Shown: positions 1-9,382, numbered from the stretch's first letter. The stretch is 64,000 nucleotides of DNA from an uncultured delta proteobacterium (GCA_963796055.1 CAWCKH010000001.1:160001-224000); one strand, 5' to 3'. Program-made: numbers and translations. The notes: generated from the letters alone by a model not told the origin.

Positions 1-35
1 CGGCAGCAGGGCCGCGGCGAGTGCAGCGACGCGCG

Positions 36-539
36 TCACGGCCTGCCCTGCGCCTCCACCACGCGATGCGCGGCGAGACGGCGGACGCCCAGGGTCGAGA
101 CGATGACCAGGCCGGCCATGGCCACCACCGTGGGCAGGGCGGCGGTGCTCCAGATGGCGGCCAGCGCCTCGGAGGCGCCGAAGAAGAGGTTCCGCCAGGT
201 CACCACCGCCGAGGCGGCGTGGGTGCCGAGCAGCCCGAGGTTCCCGCGGGTGGCGACGAAGGCCAGGGTGGCGCCCATCAGGGTCACCGCGAGGATGGAC
301 AGGCCGGTGCGCAGCTCCACGCGGGCCGGGGCGGGCTCGAGCGCCACGCGGGCCATGACCGACTGCACGAACTCCGGCGGCGGGAGCGGGTCCACCAGCC
401 GGCCCAGGTCCTTCTCCAGCTGGCGGTGCTCCTCGGCGAGGACGGCGCAGTCCGGGCAGCTGCGGAGGTGGGCGAGGGCCTCGGCGTCGTACTCCGCCGC
501 GGCGACCATCAGGGTCTCGAGCTCGGGGCAGCCGTTCAC
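36..539 (-). CDS. Membrane-anchored zinc-binding anti-sigma factor (ZAS/zf-HC2 type)
   Basis: N-terminal HLRSCPDC (HxxxCxxC) motif, hydrophobic C-terminal segments, 4-nt overlap with the upstream ECF sigma gene. Confidence 0.8.
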   Translation of the reverse strand: MNGCPELETLMVAAAEYDAEALAHLRSCPDCAVLAEEHRQLEKDLGRLVDPLPPPEFVQSVMARVALEPAPARVELRTGLSILAVTLMGATLAFVATRGNLGLLGTHAASAVVTWRNLFFGASEALAAIWSTAALPTVVAMAGLVIVSTLGVRRLAAHRVVEAQGRP

Positions 540-1156
540 TGGGCGTCCTCCGTCTTCATCTGCCGGCGCAGCTTCTCACGCGCGCGGAACAGGCGGGCCA
601 TGATGGTGCCCGGGGCCACCCCCATCACCTGGGCGATCTCCTTCGTGGTCCGCTTCTGCACGTAGTACAGCGCCAGGACCTCGCGGTCGTCCGTTCCCAG
701 GGTGGCGAGCGCCGACTCGAGGCTCCGGTGCTCCTCGGCGGCGATGACGCCCTCCTCCTGGCTCTTCTCGCCGGAGGGGAGGGCCTCGTGCATCTCGTCC
801 ACGTCCTGGGTGTGCACCCGGGAGCGGCGCCGCAGCAAGTCGAGGCAGAGGTTCCGGGCGATGGCCAGCACCCACAGGTCGAAGGGCTTCGACTCGTCGT
901 ACCGGCCGAGGTGCTGGTAGGCGCGGAGGAAGGTCTCCTGTGCCACCTCGGCGGCCTCGGCCTCCGTCCGGAGCAGCCGCAGGCAAAGGCCGTAGACCGA
1001 GCGCTGGACGCTCCGGACGAGGGCCTCGAAAGCGGACCGGTCTCCGCGGCGCGCGGCGCGCACCTCGGCGCGGTACGGCACGGTTTCGGTCCGCTCGGCC
1101 AGGATCGACCCCAGCGCCGCCGGGGAGGAAAGCCACGAGGAGAGCAGGGTGGTCAC
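536..1156 (-). CDS. ECF RNA polymerase sigma-70 factor
   Basis: Region 2 (AEVAQETFLRAY...FDLWVLAIARNLCLDLLRRR) and region 4 HTH (TKEIAQVMGVAPGTIMARLFRAR). GTG 1156 chosen as start because it lies just downstream of an ECF-like promoter; the ORF is open to 1207. Confidence 0.9.
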   Translation of the reverse strand: MTTLLSSWLSSPAALGSILAERTETVPYRAEVRAARRGDRSAFEALVRSVQRSVYGLCLRLLRTEAEAAEVAQETFLRAYQHLGRYDESKPFDLWVLAIARNLCLDLLRRRSRVHTQDVDEMHEALPSGEKSQEEGVIAAEEHRSLESALATLGTDDREVLALYYVQKRTTKEIAQVMGVAPGTIMARLFRAREKLRRQMKTEDAQ

Positions 1157-1165
1157 GCCAACCCA

Positions 1166-1191
1166 TACGCCCGTACTCCCTGGGCGATTGC
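1166..1191 (-). promoter_or_regulatory. Putative ECF-type autoregulatory promoter GCAATC-N16-CGTA
   Basis: Minus-strand GCAATC-N16-CGTA, 9 nt upstream of GTG 1156; resembles the AAC/CGT ECF promoter pattern. Confidence 0.4.
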
Positions 1192-1258
1192 CCCCGCCCG
1201 TGAACATTGGGCGGCATGGTCCGGACCGGGGGCGGCCCCGTCCCGGAGGTAGGGCACT

Positions 1259-2743
1259 CTACCGCAGCTTCTGACGTGCCCGGGCAGCCGCTTTCGCCTC
1301 TTTTCGGGCCTTTGCGCGCGCCCGGAAGCCGGTGTGTTCCGCACCGGCGCCGTTCACCGCACGGACCGGGCGCGGTCTCAGAGAGCTCGTCTTGCTGGCT
1401 TCCGGGTCCCCGCGCCCGGACTCGGGGCGCGGGCGACGGGCCGGGCGAGCTGCGGGAGCGTCCCCGGATCGCGGTCTCAGAGAACTCGTCTGGGGAGAAC
1501 CCGTCTGGGTGGTCTCGAGGGCGGGGCGGCCGCTCCCGGCACTCGCCCGGATCTCCTCCGGGGTGTCCTCCCGCGCGGTCCGGTGGAAGAGCCGCTTCAC
1601 CATCAGGGTGGCGTAGCTGCCGGGGGGGAGGGTGAACGCCACGTTCAGCTTGGCGTACCCCCGGTTGAGCTCGTCCGCCTGCGTCCGCCCGAGCACCAGC
1701 TTGCTCGGCTGCACCAGGACGTCCCGCTCCTCGTGCTTGAAGAACAACAGCCGCTCGGCCCCGGCGATGCGCAGCTGGTCGAGCCGGAGCTTCTCCTTGC
1801 CCAGCACCCATTCCACGGCCTCGCGCACCCGCGGATCCGTGATCGGGGTCTCCGGGCCGAGCAGGGGAAAAGTGAGGCTCCGCAGCCAGCGCAGGGTCTC
1901 GGGGTCGGCGTCCTGGTGGAAGAGCAGGGTGCCGGCCTGGTACCGCAGCGGGAACAGCGCGGTCCGGGGCAGCACCAGCTGCAGCAGGCGCCGGACGCCC
2001 TCGTTCCACAGCCAGCTCTGGTAGGTGAACAGCAGCAGCGCCCGGTACGCGGCGTCGATCTGGAGGAAGGCCCGGAGGTAGTCCTCGGGCTTCTCCCGGA
2101 GCGAGCGGATGACCCGGTCGTACCGGTGCGCGGCCTCGTACGGAACGCGGCGCGTCCAGTCGCCCCAGTTCGCCCGCCAGAACTCCTTCACCTTGGCGTC
2201 GTCGGAGCGGTCGAGCGGCGACGGCTTCGCCAGGTAGTTGCGAAGCGCGGCCTCGAAGTCGCCGCGGAGCAGGTCCTTGGCGATGTAGCCCTGGCCGTGC
2301 TTCAGCGACCCGAAGCGCTGGCTGTCGAAGTAGTTCACCACCCCCAGCCGGTTCACCTCTGCGGCGGCGCGGGGCAGCTCCGACAGGTCCTCCTCGGTCA
2401 GCGCCCGGACCGTGACGCTGAAGCGGTTGGAGGTGGTGTTCTCCGCCGACAGAGGCCGACCTGTGCGCCCCAGCGCCTTGAGCCGCAGGTCGGGCTCCTG
2501 GACGTCGACCTCCGCCCCGTCCACCGCGATGAGCTGCTCGGTCCGCCCCTGCTTGTCCTTCAGACCGCAGAAGCTGATCGCGCCGGGGCGGAGCCCGAAA
2601 CGGCTGCGGATGCGCTCCACCGCCTCGAAGGTGGACAGCTTCTGCTTGTCCATGAGGTAGACCCGGTACCGCCCGTCCGGGACCGGGTCGAAGCGGTAGG
2701 ACTCCCGGACGCTGAAGTCCTCGGGTCGTTGCTTGATGCGCAC
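1259..2743 (-). CDS. truD: tRNA pseudouridine(13) synthase TruD with low-complexity C-terminal tail
   Basis: IKQRPEDFSVRE N-terminus, GLKDK catalytic Asp motif, NYFDSQRFG, FTLPPGSYAT; GTG start at 2743. Confidence 0.93.
   Translation of the reverse strand: MRIKQRPEDFSVRESYRFDPVPDGRYRVYLMDKQKLSTFEAVERIRSRFGLRPGAISFCGLKDKQGRTEQLIAVDGAEVDVQEPDLRLKALGRTGRPLSAENTTSNRFSVTVRALTEEDLSELPRAAAEVNRLGVVNYFDSQRFGSLKHGQGYIAKDLLRGDFEAALRNYLAKPSPLDRSDDAKVKEFWRANWGDWTRRVPYEAAHRYDRVIRSLREKPEDYLRAFLQIDAAYRALLLFTYQSWLWNEGVRRLLQLVLPRTALFPLRYQAGTLLFHQDADPETLRWLRSLTFPLLGPETPITDPRVREAVEWVLGKEKLRLDQLRIAGAERLLFFKHEERDVLVQPSKLVLGRTQADELNRGYAKLNVAFTLPPGSYATLMVKRLFHRTAREDTPEEIRASAGSGRPALETTQTGSPQTSSLRPRSGDAPAARPARRPRPESGRGDPEASKTSSLRPRPVRAVNGAGAEHTGFRARAKARKEAKAAARARQKLR
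1371..1491. repeat. 22-nt near-perfect direct repeat in the truD tail
   Basis: cgcggtctcagagagctcgtct (1371-1392) vs cgcggtctcagagaactcgtct (1470-1491); 21/22 identical, 99-nt in-frame offset, each encoding TSSLRPR. Confidence 0.8.
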
Positions 2744-2777
2744 GGGGGAAAGGCTTGTAACATCGGCAGACGGTCCG

Positions 2778-4508
2778 ATGCTCAGCGCCTGTCCACGCTG
2801 TCGAACGCCGCTCGCCCAGCCCAACCCGCCGCGGTGTCCGGGGTGCGGCGAGTCGCTCTCGTCGAGCCAGGTGCCGTCGGTGCGCACCAGCCCTCGGGGT
2901 CCGTACCTCACCGGTCGGCTGCTGGACGGCAAGCTGAGCGAGTTCCCTCTCGGGTCCAGGACCACGCTCGGACGGCACCCGGCGAACACCCTGCGGCTCG
3001 CCGATCGCGAGGTCTCCAAGGAGCACGCCGCCATCGAGAAGGTGAGCAACGGCTACGTCCTCAAGGACCTTGGCAGCTCCAACGGGACCTACGTGAACGG
3101 CCGGCGGGTCCGCGAGCTGCGGCTCAAGGACGGCGACGAGATCGCGCTGGGGAACAGCCGGCTGGTCTTCCACTCCGGCGACGTGCTCACCAGCAGCGGG
3201 AGCCCGGGGGTGACGGTGCTCGCCTCGGCGCAGGCCGCCCCGGCGTTCCTCGCCCAGCTCGACCAGCCCGCGGTGGAGGAGACCGAGTTCCGCCCCGCCG
3301 AGCAGCTGAAGGACGCCGCCGCGCTCCGGCAGGACTACGAGAAGCTGCGCATCGCCCACGAGTTCCACCGGCAGGTGGGACTGGAGCGCGACCAGAAGAG
3401 CCTCCTGGACAAGATCCTCGCGGTCAGCTTCCAGCTGCTCGCCGCCGACCACGGGGTGATCTTCCTGGTCAACGATGCCGGGGAGCTGGTGGCCCAGGCG
3501 GTGAAACACCGGTCGGGCAGCGACGAGGAAGTGGTGCTCTCCGACACCGTGCTCAAGCGGGTGCTGGAGACGCGCCAGGCGGTGCTGACCGCCGATGCGA
3601 TCCTCGACAGCCGGTTCAGCGGCAGCGAGAGCATCGTCGCCCAGGGCATCCGCAGCGCCATGGCGGTGCCGTTGCTGGCCAAGGGCGAGCTCAAGGGCGT
3701 GCTCTTCCTGGACACCCGGGAGCGGACCAACGCCTTCAGCGAGAAGGACCTCAAGATCCTCTCCGGCATCGCCTCGCAGGCGGCGATCGCCCTGGAGAAC
3801 GCCGACCTGGCGCAGAAGATCGAGACCGAGGCGGTGACCCGGGCCGAGCTGTCGCGGTTCCTGTCCCCGGCAGTCGCGGAGATGGTGGTGAAGGGCCAGG
3901 TGGAGCTGCTCCGGCAGGGTCGGCTCGCCGAGGTGAGCGTGCTCTTCGCCGACATCCGCGGCTTCACCTCCATCGCCGAGGGGGAGAGTCCTCAGGAGAC
4001 GGTGTCGATGCTGAACGCGTTCTTCTCCGCGATGGCCGACGTGGTGTTCCGGCACGAGGGGAACCTGGACAAGTTCATCGGCGACTGCGTGATGGCGGTG
4101 TGGGGCCCACCCTCGCCGCACCCGGACGACCCGGCGCGGGCGCTCCGGGCGGCGCTGGAGATGCAGGCGGCGGTCGAGGCGCTGAACGAGGCCCGCGAGG
4201 CGAACGGGCAGACCCGCATCGAGATCGGCATCGGGGTGAACACCGGCCAGGCGGTGGTCGGGTACATGGGCTCGGCGGACCGCCACGAGTTCACCGCCAT
4301 CGGCGACTGCGTGAACACCGCCTCCCGGCTGTGCAACGTGGCCAAGGGCAACGAGGTGCTGGCCGCGGACACCACGGTGTCCAAGGCCGGGCCCGGGTTC
4401 CACGTCGAGGCGCTCCCCCTGGCGCACGTGAGGGGCAAGGAGCGGGCGGTGCAGACCTTCCGGGTGATGGGTCTCGAGGAGCCGACCTCCACCGGCACCA
4501 CCGGGTAG
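2778..4508 (+). CDS. Zn-ribbon-FHA-GAF class III adenylate cyclase
   Basis: CPRC/CPGC N-terminus; FHA (LGRH, VSKEHA, DLGSSNGTYVNG); GAF (SAMAVPL); cyclase (FADIRGFT, DKFIGDCVMAVWG, TAIGDCVNTASRL). Confidence 0.92.
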   Translation: MLSACPRCRTPLAQPNPPRCPGCGESLSSSQVPSVRTSPRGPYLTGRLLDGKLSEFPLGSRTTLGRHPANTLRLADREVSKEHAAIEKVSNGYVLKDLGSSNGTYVNGRRVRELRLKDGDEIALGNSRLVFHSGDVLTSSGSPGVTVLASAQAAPAFLAQLDQPAVEETEFRPAEQLKDAAALRQDYEKLRIAHEFHRQVGLERDQKSLLDKILAVSFQLLAADHGVIFLVNDAGELVAQAVKHRSGSDEEVVLSDTVLKRVLETRQAVLTADAILDSRFSGSESIVAQGIRSAMAVPLLAKGELKGVLFLDTRERTNAFSEKDLKILSGIASQAAIALENADLAQKIETEAVTRAELSRFLSPAVAEMVVKGQVELLRQGRLAEVSVLFADIRGFTSIAEGESPQETVSMLNAFFSAMADVVFRHEGNLDKFIGDCVMAVWGPPSPHPDDPARALRAALEMQAAVEALNEAREANGQTRIEIGIGVNTGQAVVGYMGSADRHEFTAIGDCVNTASRLCNVAKGNEVLAADTTVSKAGPGFHVEALPLAHVRGKERAVQTFRVMGLEEPTSTGTTG

Positions 4509-4627
4509 ACCCGTCTCCGTTCCAACATTTGCGGGCGGGGCTCTGTCGTTTTTTCAGCCCCGGCCGCGGATCCGCGCCGCCTCCGCCTGGAGTCGATGGC
4601 ACGCGGGTTGCGACGCTCGGGGGCGTC

Positions 4628-5539
4628 GTGACCGAGCTCGCGGGCCTCGACATCCAGACCATCCTCGCTCCTGCACTGGGGCTGGGAGCGTCCGGCGCCC
4701 TGCTGGCAGTGCGGGGCACCGCGGTCCAGCGGCACGTGCCGACCATCGCTCCACCGGTCGCCCCGATGCCGGTCCTCGCGGGGCTGCTCCTGGGCGGCGT
4801 CCTGGCCTTCGCCTTCGCCGCGGCGACGCCGGCAGGCTGGGTTCTCCGGTGGGCCCTCGGCGTGGCCGCCGGCGGCGGGTGCATCGCTGCCGGGTGGACC
4901 GCGGGGCAGCTGTGGAGACACGCCGAGCTGCTCCGGTTCGCCCACCCCTGCACCGTGGACGAGGCGATCAACCTTCCGGCGTGGGAGCGCGACGGGCGCT
5001 GGCTGCTCCTCGACGGGCGCCTCGGCTCCAGCGGCGCGGTGACCTCTCCCGGCGGCGTGGTCTGCGCGTTCTTCGACGCCGAGCTGCGGCTCATCGGACC
5101 CCGCGGCGAGCCCGGGCGCGTCGTCGCCCGCGAGCGCGCAGCGAGCTTGCCGCTCGAGCTCCGCGGACTGCGGAAGAGCGTCGGTCTCCGGTACTCGTCC
5201 ACCCGAGCCGCAGCGCCGGTCTGTATTCGCCGCGTGCTCGTGCCGATCGAGCGCGAGCGGGGCGAGGTCCCGGCCGAGGGCGAGCAGCCCCTGGTCGAGG
5301 TGCTGTCCTGGGAGTCGGTGGGGAAGCTCGGGGCCCGGGCGCTCGCCCTGGGCAAGCTCGAGCGCGACCGCGGCGGCGGCTGGCGCCTGGTGGGCATCGC
5401 CGGCGGCGCGGCACCGGTCGTCCTTCCCACCGAGAAGGAGTCGGCCGCCGCGGCCTGGCGGAGCGAGGCCTGGCGCTGGTCTGGCGTCGCGGTGCCGCTC
5501 GCCGTGCTCGCCGCGCTGTGCGTCGGACGCTCGGTGTGA
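4628..5539 (+). CDS. Membrane protein, possibly with a GIDE/MUL1-like soluble domain
   Basis: 3' part of ORF 1334..5539; N-terminal TM segments, a soluble domain (SPGGVVCAFF...), and a C-terminal TM; start uncertain. Confidence 0.6.
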   Translation: MTELAGLDIQTILAPALGLGASGALLAVRGTAVQRHVPTIAPPVAPMPVLAGLLLGGVLAFAFAAATPAGWVLRWALGVAAGGGCIAAGWTAGQLWRHAELLRFAHPCTVDEAINLPAWERDGRWLLLDGRLGSSGAVTSPGGVVCAFFDAELRLIGPRGEPGRVVARERAASLPLELRGLRKSVGLRYSSTRAAAPVCIRRVLVPIERERGEVPAEGEQPLVEVLSWESVGKLGARALALGKLERDRGGGWRLVGIAGGAAPVVLPTEKESAAAAWRSEAWRWSGVAVPLAVLAALCVGRSV

Positions 5540-5618
5540 CGGTCTCGCTGCGTCCTCCGGGACGGCCACTGCAGCATGGTGGCGCAACCGGGGCCCGGCG
5601 GGGGTTCCTCGAGGGTGC

Positions 5619-6293
5619 ATGGCAGCGATGCTCCTCCTCCTGCTCACCGCCGCTCCGCCGGCCGATTCGCCGCTCGGGCGGATGCAGGCCTTCGTCGGGC
5701 AGGGGGCCGCCGATGTCCCCGGCTACGACGCGCTGGCCGACTGTGTCGGGCCTCGCGGCGAGTACCGGACCCGCATCGCCTTCCGGCGCTCGGACGGCTG
5801 GGCCCGCTTCACCCAGTGGCGCGGGGAAGCGCAGACCTGGGACTCGGTCGCGGTGGGCGAGGACAGCTGGGTCAGCGGAGAGCCGAGCCACTGGACGGAA
5901 GGAGACGCGGAGATGGCAGCCCGCATCCTCGGCCATCACTTCCTGGCGATGGTGCTGGCGCCGGAGCGCGTCTTCCGGAAGCTCGGCCCCGCCCGGAAGG
6001 GGCGGCTCGATGACGAGCCCGTGGTGTGGGTCCCCGGGCGGGACGTGGCCGGCCATCCGCTGGAGCTCGCGCTCCGCTCCACGGGGCGTCCGGTGGCGGC
6101 CCGCATCACCTGGGGTGGCACGGTGGGCACCTTGACCCTTCGCTTCTCCGGCTGGGAGCGCGTCGGAGCGCTGCAGCTCCCGCTGTCGGTCCGGATCGAT
6201 CAGGGAAAGGACGTCTTCCGGTTTCGCTTCCGTCCGCCCCGGCTCGAGCCACCGGGCGATGCCGGATGGCGCCCGGCGGGAGCGGGCGGGTGA
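5619..6293 (+). CDS. Exported hypothetical protein (possible LolA-like beta fold)
   Basis: Short signal-like N-terminus (MLLLLLTAAP); beta-strand pattern ending FSGWERVGALQLPLSV. Confidence 0.6.
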   Translation: MAAMLLLLLTAAPPADSPLGRMQAFVGQGAADVPGYDALADCVGPRGEYRTRIAFRRSDGWARFTQWRGEAQTWDSVAVGEDSWVSGEPSHWTEGDAEMAARILGHHFLAMVLAPERVFRKLGPARKGRLDDEPVVWVPGRDVAGHPLELALRSTGRPVAARITWGGTVGTLTLRFSGWERVGALQLPLSVRIDQGKDVFRFRFRPPRLEPPGDAGWRPAGAGG

Positions 6294-6356
6294 AGCTCCG
6301 CGACGCGCCGCTGGCCCATCTGCGGCTCCGGCTCTACCTGGGCGTGAGCCGACCCC

Positions 6357-7493
6357 TCAGATGTACCGGGCCAGGCTGGCCGGGTGCTCCACCTTGTACC
6401 GGCGGAAGCGCTCGCAGTACGGCAGGAGGAGGGCAATGACCACCGCGGCCGCGAGATAGGTCGTGCCGAGCCCGGTCTGGTGCAGCAGGCCCATGATCCA
6501 CGCTGCGAGCCGGAGCAGATGTGCATGCAGCAGATAGAAGAAGAACGCGCTCTGGCCGAGGACGGTGAGCGGCGCGGCGACCCGCACGGGCAGCTCGGCC
6601 GTCCACAGCGCTCCGAGCAGGAGCCAGGCGATGCCCAGCTCGCAGGCGAGGTAGGCCAGGCTGGCCGGGTACTTGGAGGTGTGGAGCCACTGGATCAGCG
6701 AGCCGTCATCCCGGAAGAGCCCTGCGTTCCCGTACCCGTTCAGGCCACGGACCACCACGAACACGCCCAGCGCGAGGCCTCCGGCGAGCAGCAGCTTGAG
6801 CTGGAACGTCTCGGGGCGGCGCCGCGCGATGTCCGCCGCCGCCCAGCCGAGAAGCATCACCGCCAGCCAGGGAATGACCGGGTACCAGACCGGGAACGGA
6901 CCGACTCGCCCCGGCACCAGGGCGAGCACCGTCAGCACCCGGCCGAGGCCGTCGACGTGCGCGAGCCTCGTGGCCACCGCCTCCTGGACCACGATGAGGA
7001 ACAGGCCCAGGGCGCCACCGACGCGCGCCGGGAGCCGCCGGAGGACGGACATCGCCCCCATGCTCACCCCGATGGCGTACAGGACCTGGAGGACCAGCTG
7101 GAACCGGTGGACGAGCACCATCCACAGCGGGTCCAGAGCCGCGATGAGCAGTCCCCGGGTAACGATGAATCGGGTGATGTCCGCCTCCGACGCTCCGTCC
7201 CCCTTCCGCCGCTGCACCGAGACATAGAGCGAGTAGCCGGAGAGGAAGAGGAACGTCGGGGCGCAGAGGTGGGTGATCCAGCGGGTGAAGAACTGCGCCG
7301 CGGGGAGCGCGGTCCCGGCCACCCAGCCCTGCGCGGAGTCGCCGAACAGCCGTCCGGCGTTGAAGGCGGACGAGGAATGGTCCACCGTCATCAGCACCAT
7401 CACCACGCCGCGGAGCCAGTCCACCGGGAGCAGCCGGGCCCGTGCCATCCGGACGGCCCGGAATGCAGTCACCACACGCGTCGAGACGTCCAT
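6357..7493 (-). CDS. DUF1624/HGSNAT-like multi-pass membrane acyltransferase
   Basis: DWLRGVVMVLMTVDH, RWITHLCAPTF, KYPASL motifs; GGAGG upstream of ATG 7493. Confidence 0.85.
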   Translation of the reverse strand: MDVSTRVVTAFRAVRMARARLLPVDWLRGVVMVLMTVDHSSSAFNAGRLFGDSAQGWVAGTALPAAQFFTRWITHLCAPTFLFLSGYSLYVSVQRRKGDGASEADITRFIVTRGLLIAALDPLWMVLVHRFQLVLQVLYAIGVSMGAMSVLRRLPARVGGALGLFLIVVQEAVATRLAHVDGLGRVLTVLALVPGRVGPFPVWYPVIPWLAVMLLGWAAADIARRRPETFQLKLLLAGGLALGVFVVVRGLNGYGNAGLFRDDGSLIQWLHTSKYPASLAYLACELGIAWLLLGALWTAELPVRVAAPLTVLGQSAFFFYLLHAHLLRLAAWIMGLLHQTGLGTTYLAAAVVIALLLPYCERFRRYKVEHPASLARYI

Positions 7494-7663
7494 CCCACCT
7501 CCAGGAGTGTGCCCGCTGGAACCCGGGACCCGCTGGCGGTGCGCGATCGAACGGAGTGTTGTGGCCTCTCCATCTCCCAGCTGTGCCGTAGGCGAAGGCC
7601 GCTGGCTCGCGGCCAGCACAGTGAAGGGCCCGGAGCACCGCTCGCCGTCGCAGATGCGGTCCT

Positions 7664-9382
7664 TCAGCGGCCGGGACGCTTCTTGCCCGGCAGCAGCCGC
7701 CGCACGCTGATCTTCCCGAAGCGGTTGCCGAACAGGTACCAAGTAAAGGCCGCGCCGAAGAGCGCCGCCGCACCGGCCGTGCCCAGCAGGCCCAGCACCG
7801 GGTAGCCCCGCACCGTCCACGGCACCTGGGAGAAGCTGATGAAGGCGCCGACGATGAAGCCGCAGGCGCAGAACCCGAGGAAGCTGATCACCACCGCCGA
7901 GCGCAGGCTGGTGTTCACCTTCTCCAGGGCTTCCGAGCGCACGTGCATGCTGAACCTGCCGGTCTCGAGGTCGAGGAGGATCTGCGAGAGCTGCGTCGGC
8001 AGGTCCGCGGCCAGCCCCTGGAAGCGCAGCAGCGCGCGCAGCAGCCCGCCCTGGAGATCGCCGAGGTCGTAGCGCCCCTTGAGGAGCTCCTTGGCGTAGG
8101 GGAGCGCCACGCCGAGGATGTCCAGGTCGGGCGAGAGCTGGCGGAGGATGCCCTCCATCGAGATGGAGGCGCGGGAGAGCAGGGCGTACTCGCGCGGCAC
8201 CCGCACCCGGTACTTCACCGCGAGGTCGAGGAGGTCGCCGAGCAGGTGACGCGCGTTCACCTCGCCGAGCGTCCGCGGCAGGTGACGGGCCAGGACGGTG
8301 TCGATGTCGCTCCGGAACGCGGCGATGTTGGCTCGCGCGTCCGGCGCGCCGATCCGGTACAGCAGCCGCGCGACCGACTCCGAGTCCTTCAGCGCCACGG
8401 CGACGATGAGGATGACCAGCTGCTCGCGCATCTGCCGCGTCAGCCGTCCCACCAGACCGAAGTCGATGAGCCCGATGTTCCCGTCCGGCAACAGGAGGAA
8501 GTTTCCGGGGTGCGGATCGGCGTGGAACAGCCCGTCCTCGAAGAGCTGGCGGAAGGCGGTGTCGAGCACGGTGCGGGCGAGCTCGGCGCGCCGCTCGGGC
8601 GACAGGTCGGCCTCGAGGAGCTTCAGCCCGCCGAAGTACTCGAGGGTGAGAACGGTCGCGCTGCTGAGCTCGTCGTGAACCGCGGGGATCCGGATGCCCT
8701 TGCGCGTCCGGTGCGTCTCCTGGAAGGCGCGCACGTTCTCCGCCTCGTGCACGAAGTCCAGCTCCTCCCGGATGGCCCGGTCGAACTCCTCCACGATGCC
8801 CACCGGCGAGTAGATGCCCGTCTCCTCCACCACCGCCTCGAGCAGCCTCGCCAGCGACCGAAGGACCTGGAGGTCCGACGCAATCTGCGCCTGGATGCCC
8901 GGACGCTGCACCTTCACCACCACGGGCTCGCCCGCGCGCGTCAGCCCCTTGTGCACCTGGGCGATGCTCGCCGCCGCCAGCGGCTGCGGCTCGATGCTGG
9001 CGAAGGCCTCCTCCGGGGAGCGCCCGAGGCCAGCCTGGATCGCCGCGCGCACGGCCTCCAGGGGGATGGGCGTCACCGAGTCCTGGAGGAGCCGGAGCTC
9101 GGTCACGAACTCGCCCGGAAGGAGGTCGGCGCGTGTCGAGAGCACCTGCCCCAGCTTCACGAACGTGGGCCCCAGGTCCTCGAGCATCCGCCGGAAGCGG
9201 CGGGCCGCGCTCTGCGCCCGGGTGTCCGGCGCCTGCTCCACCGGCTCGCGCCTGCCGAGGAGCCGGAACACGCCGGCCCGGTCCAGAAGGTCGGCGAATC
9301 CGTGCCTGGCGGCAATGGTGGCGATCTGTCGGAGGCGGTTGAGATCCTGGAGATTCAAGGGGTCAGCCCTGGGTGCTACCAC
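7664..9382 (-). CDS. ABC1/AarF/UbiB-family atypical kinase
   Basis: LGPTFVKLGQ, AAASIAQVH, VVKVQRP, FHADPHPGN, IDFG, two C-terminal TM helices; start GTG 9382 or TTG 9358. Confidence 0.92.
   Translation of the reverse strand: MVAPRADPLNLQDLNRLRQIATIAARHGFADLLDRAGVFRLLGRREPVEQAPDTRAQSAARRFRRMLEDLGPTFVKLGQVLSTRADLLPGEFVTELRLLQDSVTPIPLEAVRAAIQAGLGRSPEEAFASIEPQPLAAASIAQVHKGLTRAGEPVVVKVQRPGIQAQIASDLQVLRSLARLLEAVVEETGIYSPVGIVEEFDRAIREELDFVHEAENVRAFQETHRTRKGIRIPAVHDELSSATVLTLEYFGGLKLLEADLSPERRAELARTVLDTAFRQLFEDGLFHADPHPGNFLLLPDGNIGLIDFGLVGRLTRQMREQLVILIVAVALKDSESVARLLYRIGAPDARANIAAFRSDIDTVLARHLPRTLGEVNARHLLGDLLDLAVKYRVRVPREYALLSRASISMEGILRQLSPDLDILGVALPYAKELLKGRYDLGDLQGGLLRALLRFQGLAADLPTQLSQILLDLETGRFSMHVRSEALEKVNTSLRSAVVISFLGFCACGFIVGAFISFSQVPWTVRGYPVLGLLGTAGAAALFGAAFTWYLFGNRFGKISVRRLLPGKKRPGR

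Noticed and set aside
576..4427. 1283-aa minus-strand ORF and other long alternative-frame ORFs (e.g. 9414..12107, 14440..16881, 36604..39903, 56041..58917, 62527..63864)
   Set aside because: Shadow ORFs expected at very high GC; they overlap genes with clear family motifs and have none of their own
4531..4556. Possible intrinsic terminator after the cyclase (T6 tract)
   Set aside because: The stem is short and mostly G-U pairs; too weak to call
1334..4627. 5' three-quarters of the 1401-aa ORF 1334..5539
   Set aside because: Overlaps truD (antisense) and the cyclase (other frame); only the part from ~4628 looks like a real gene
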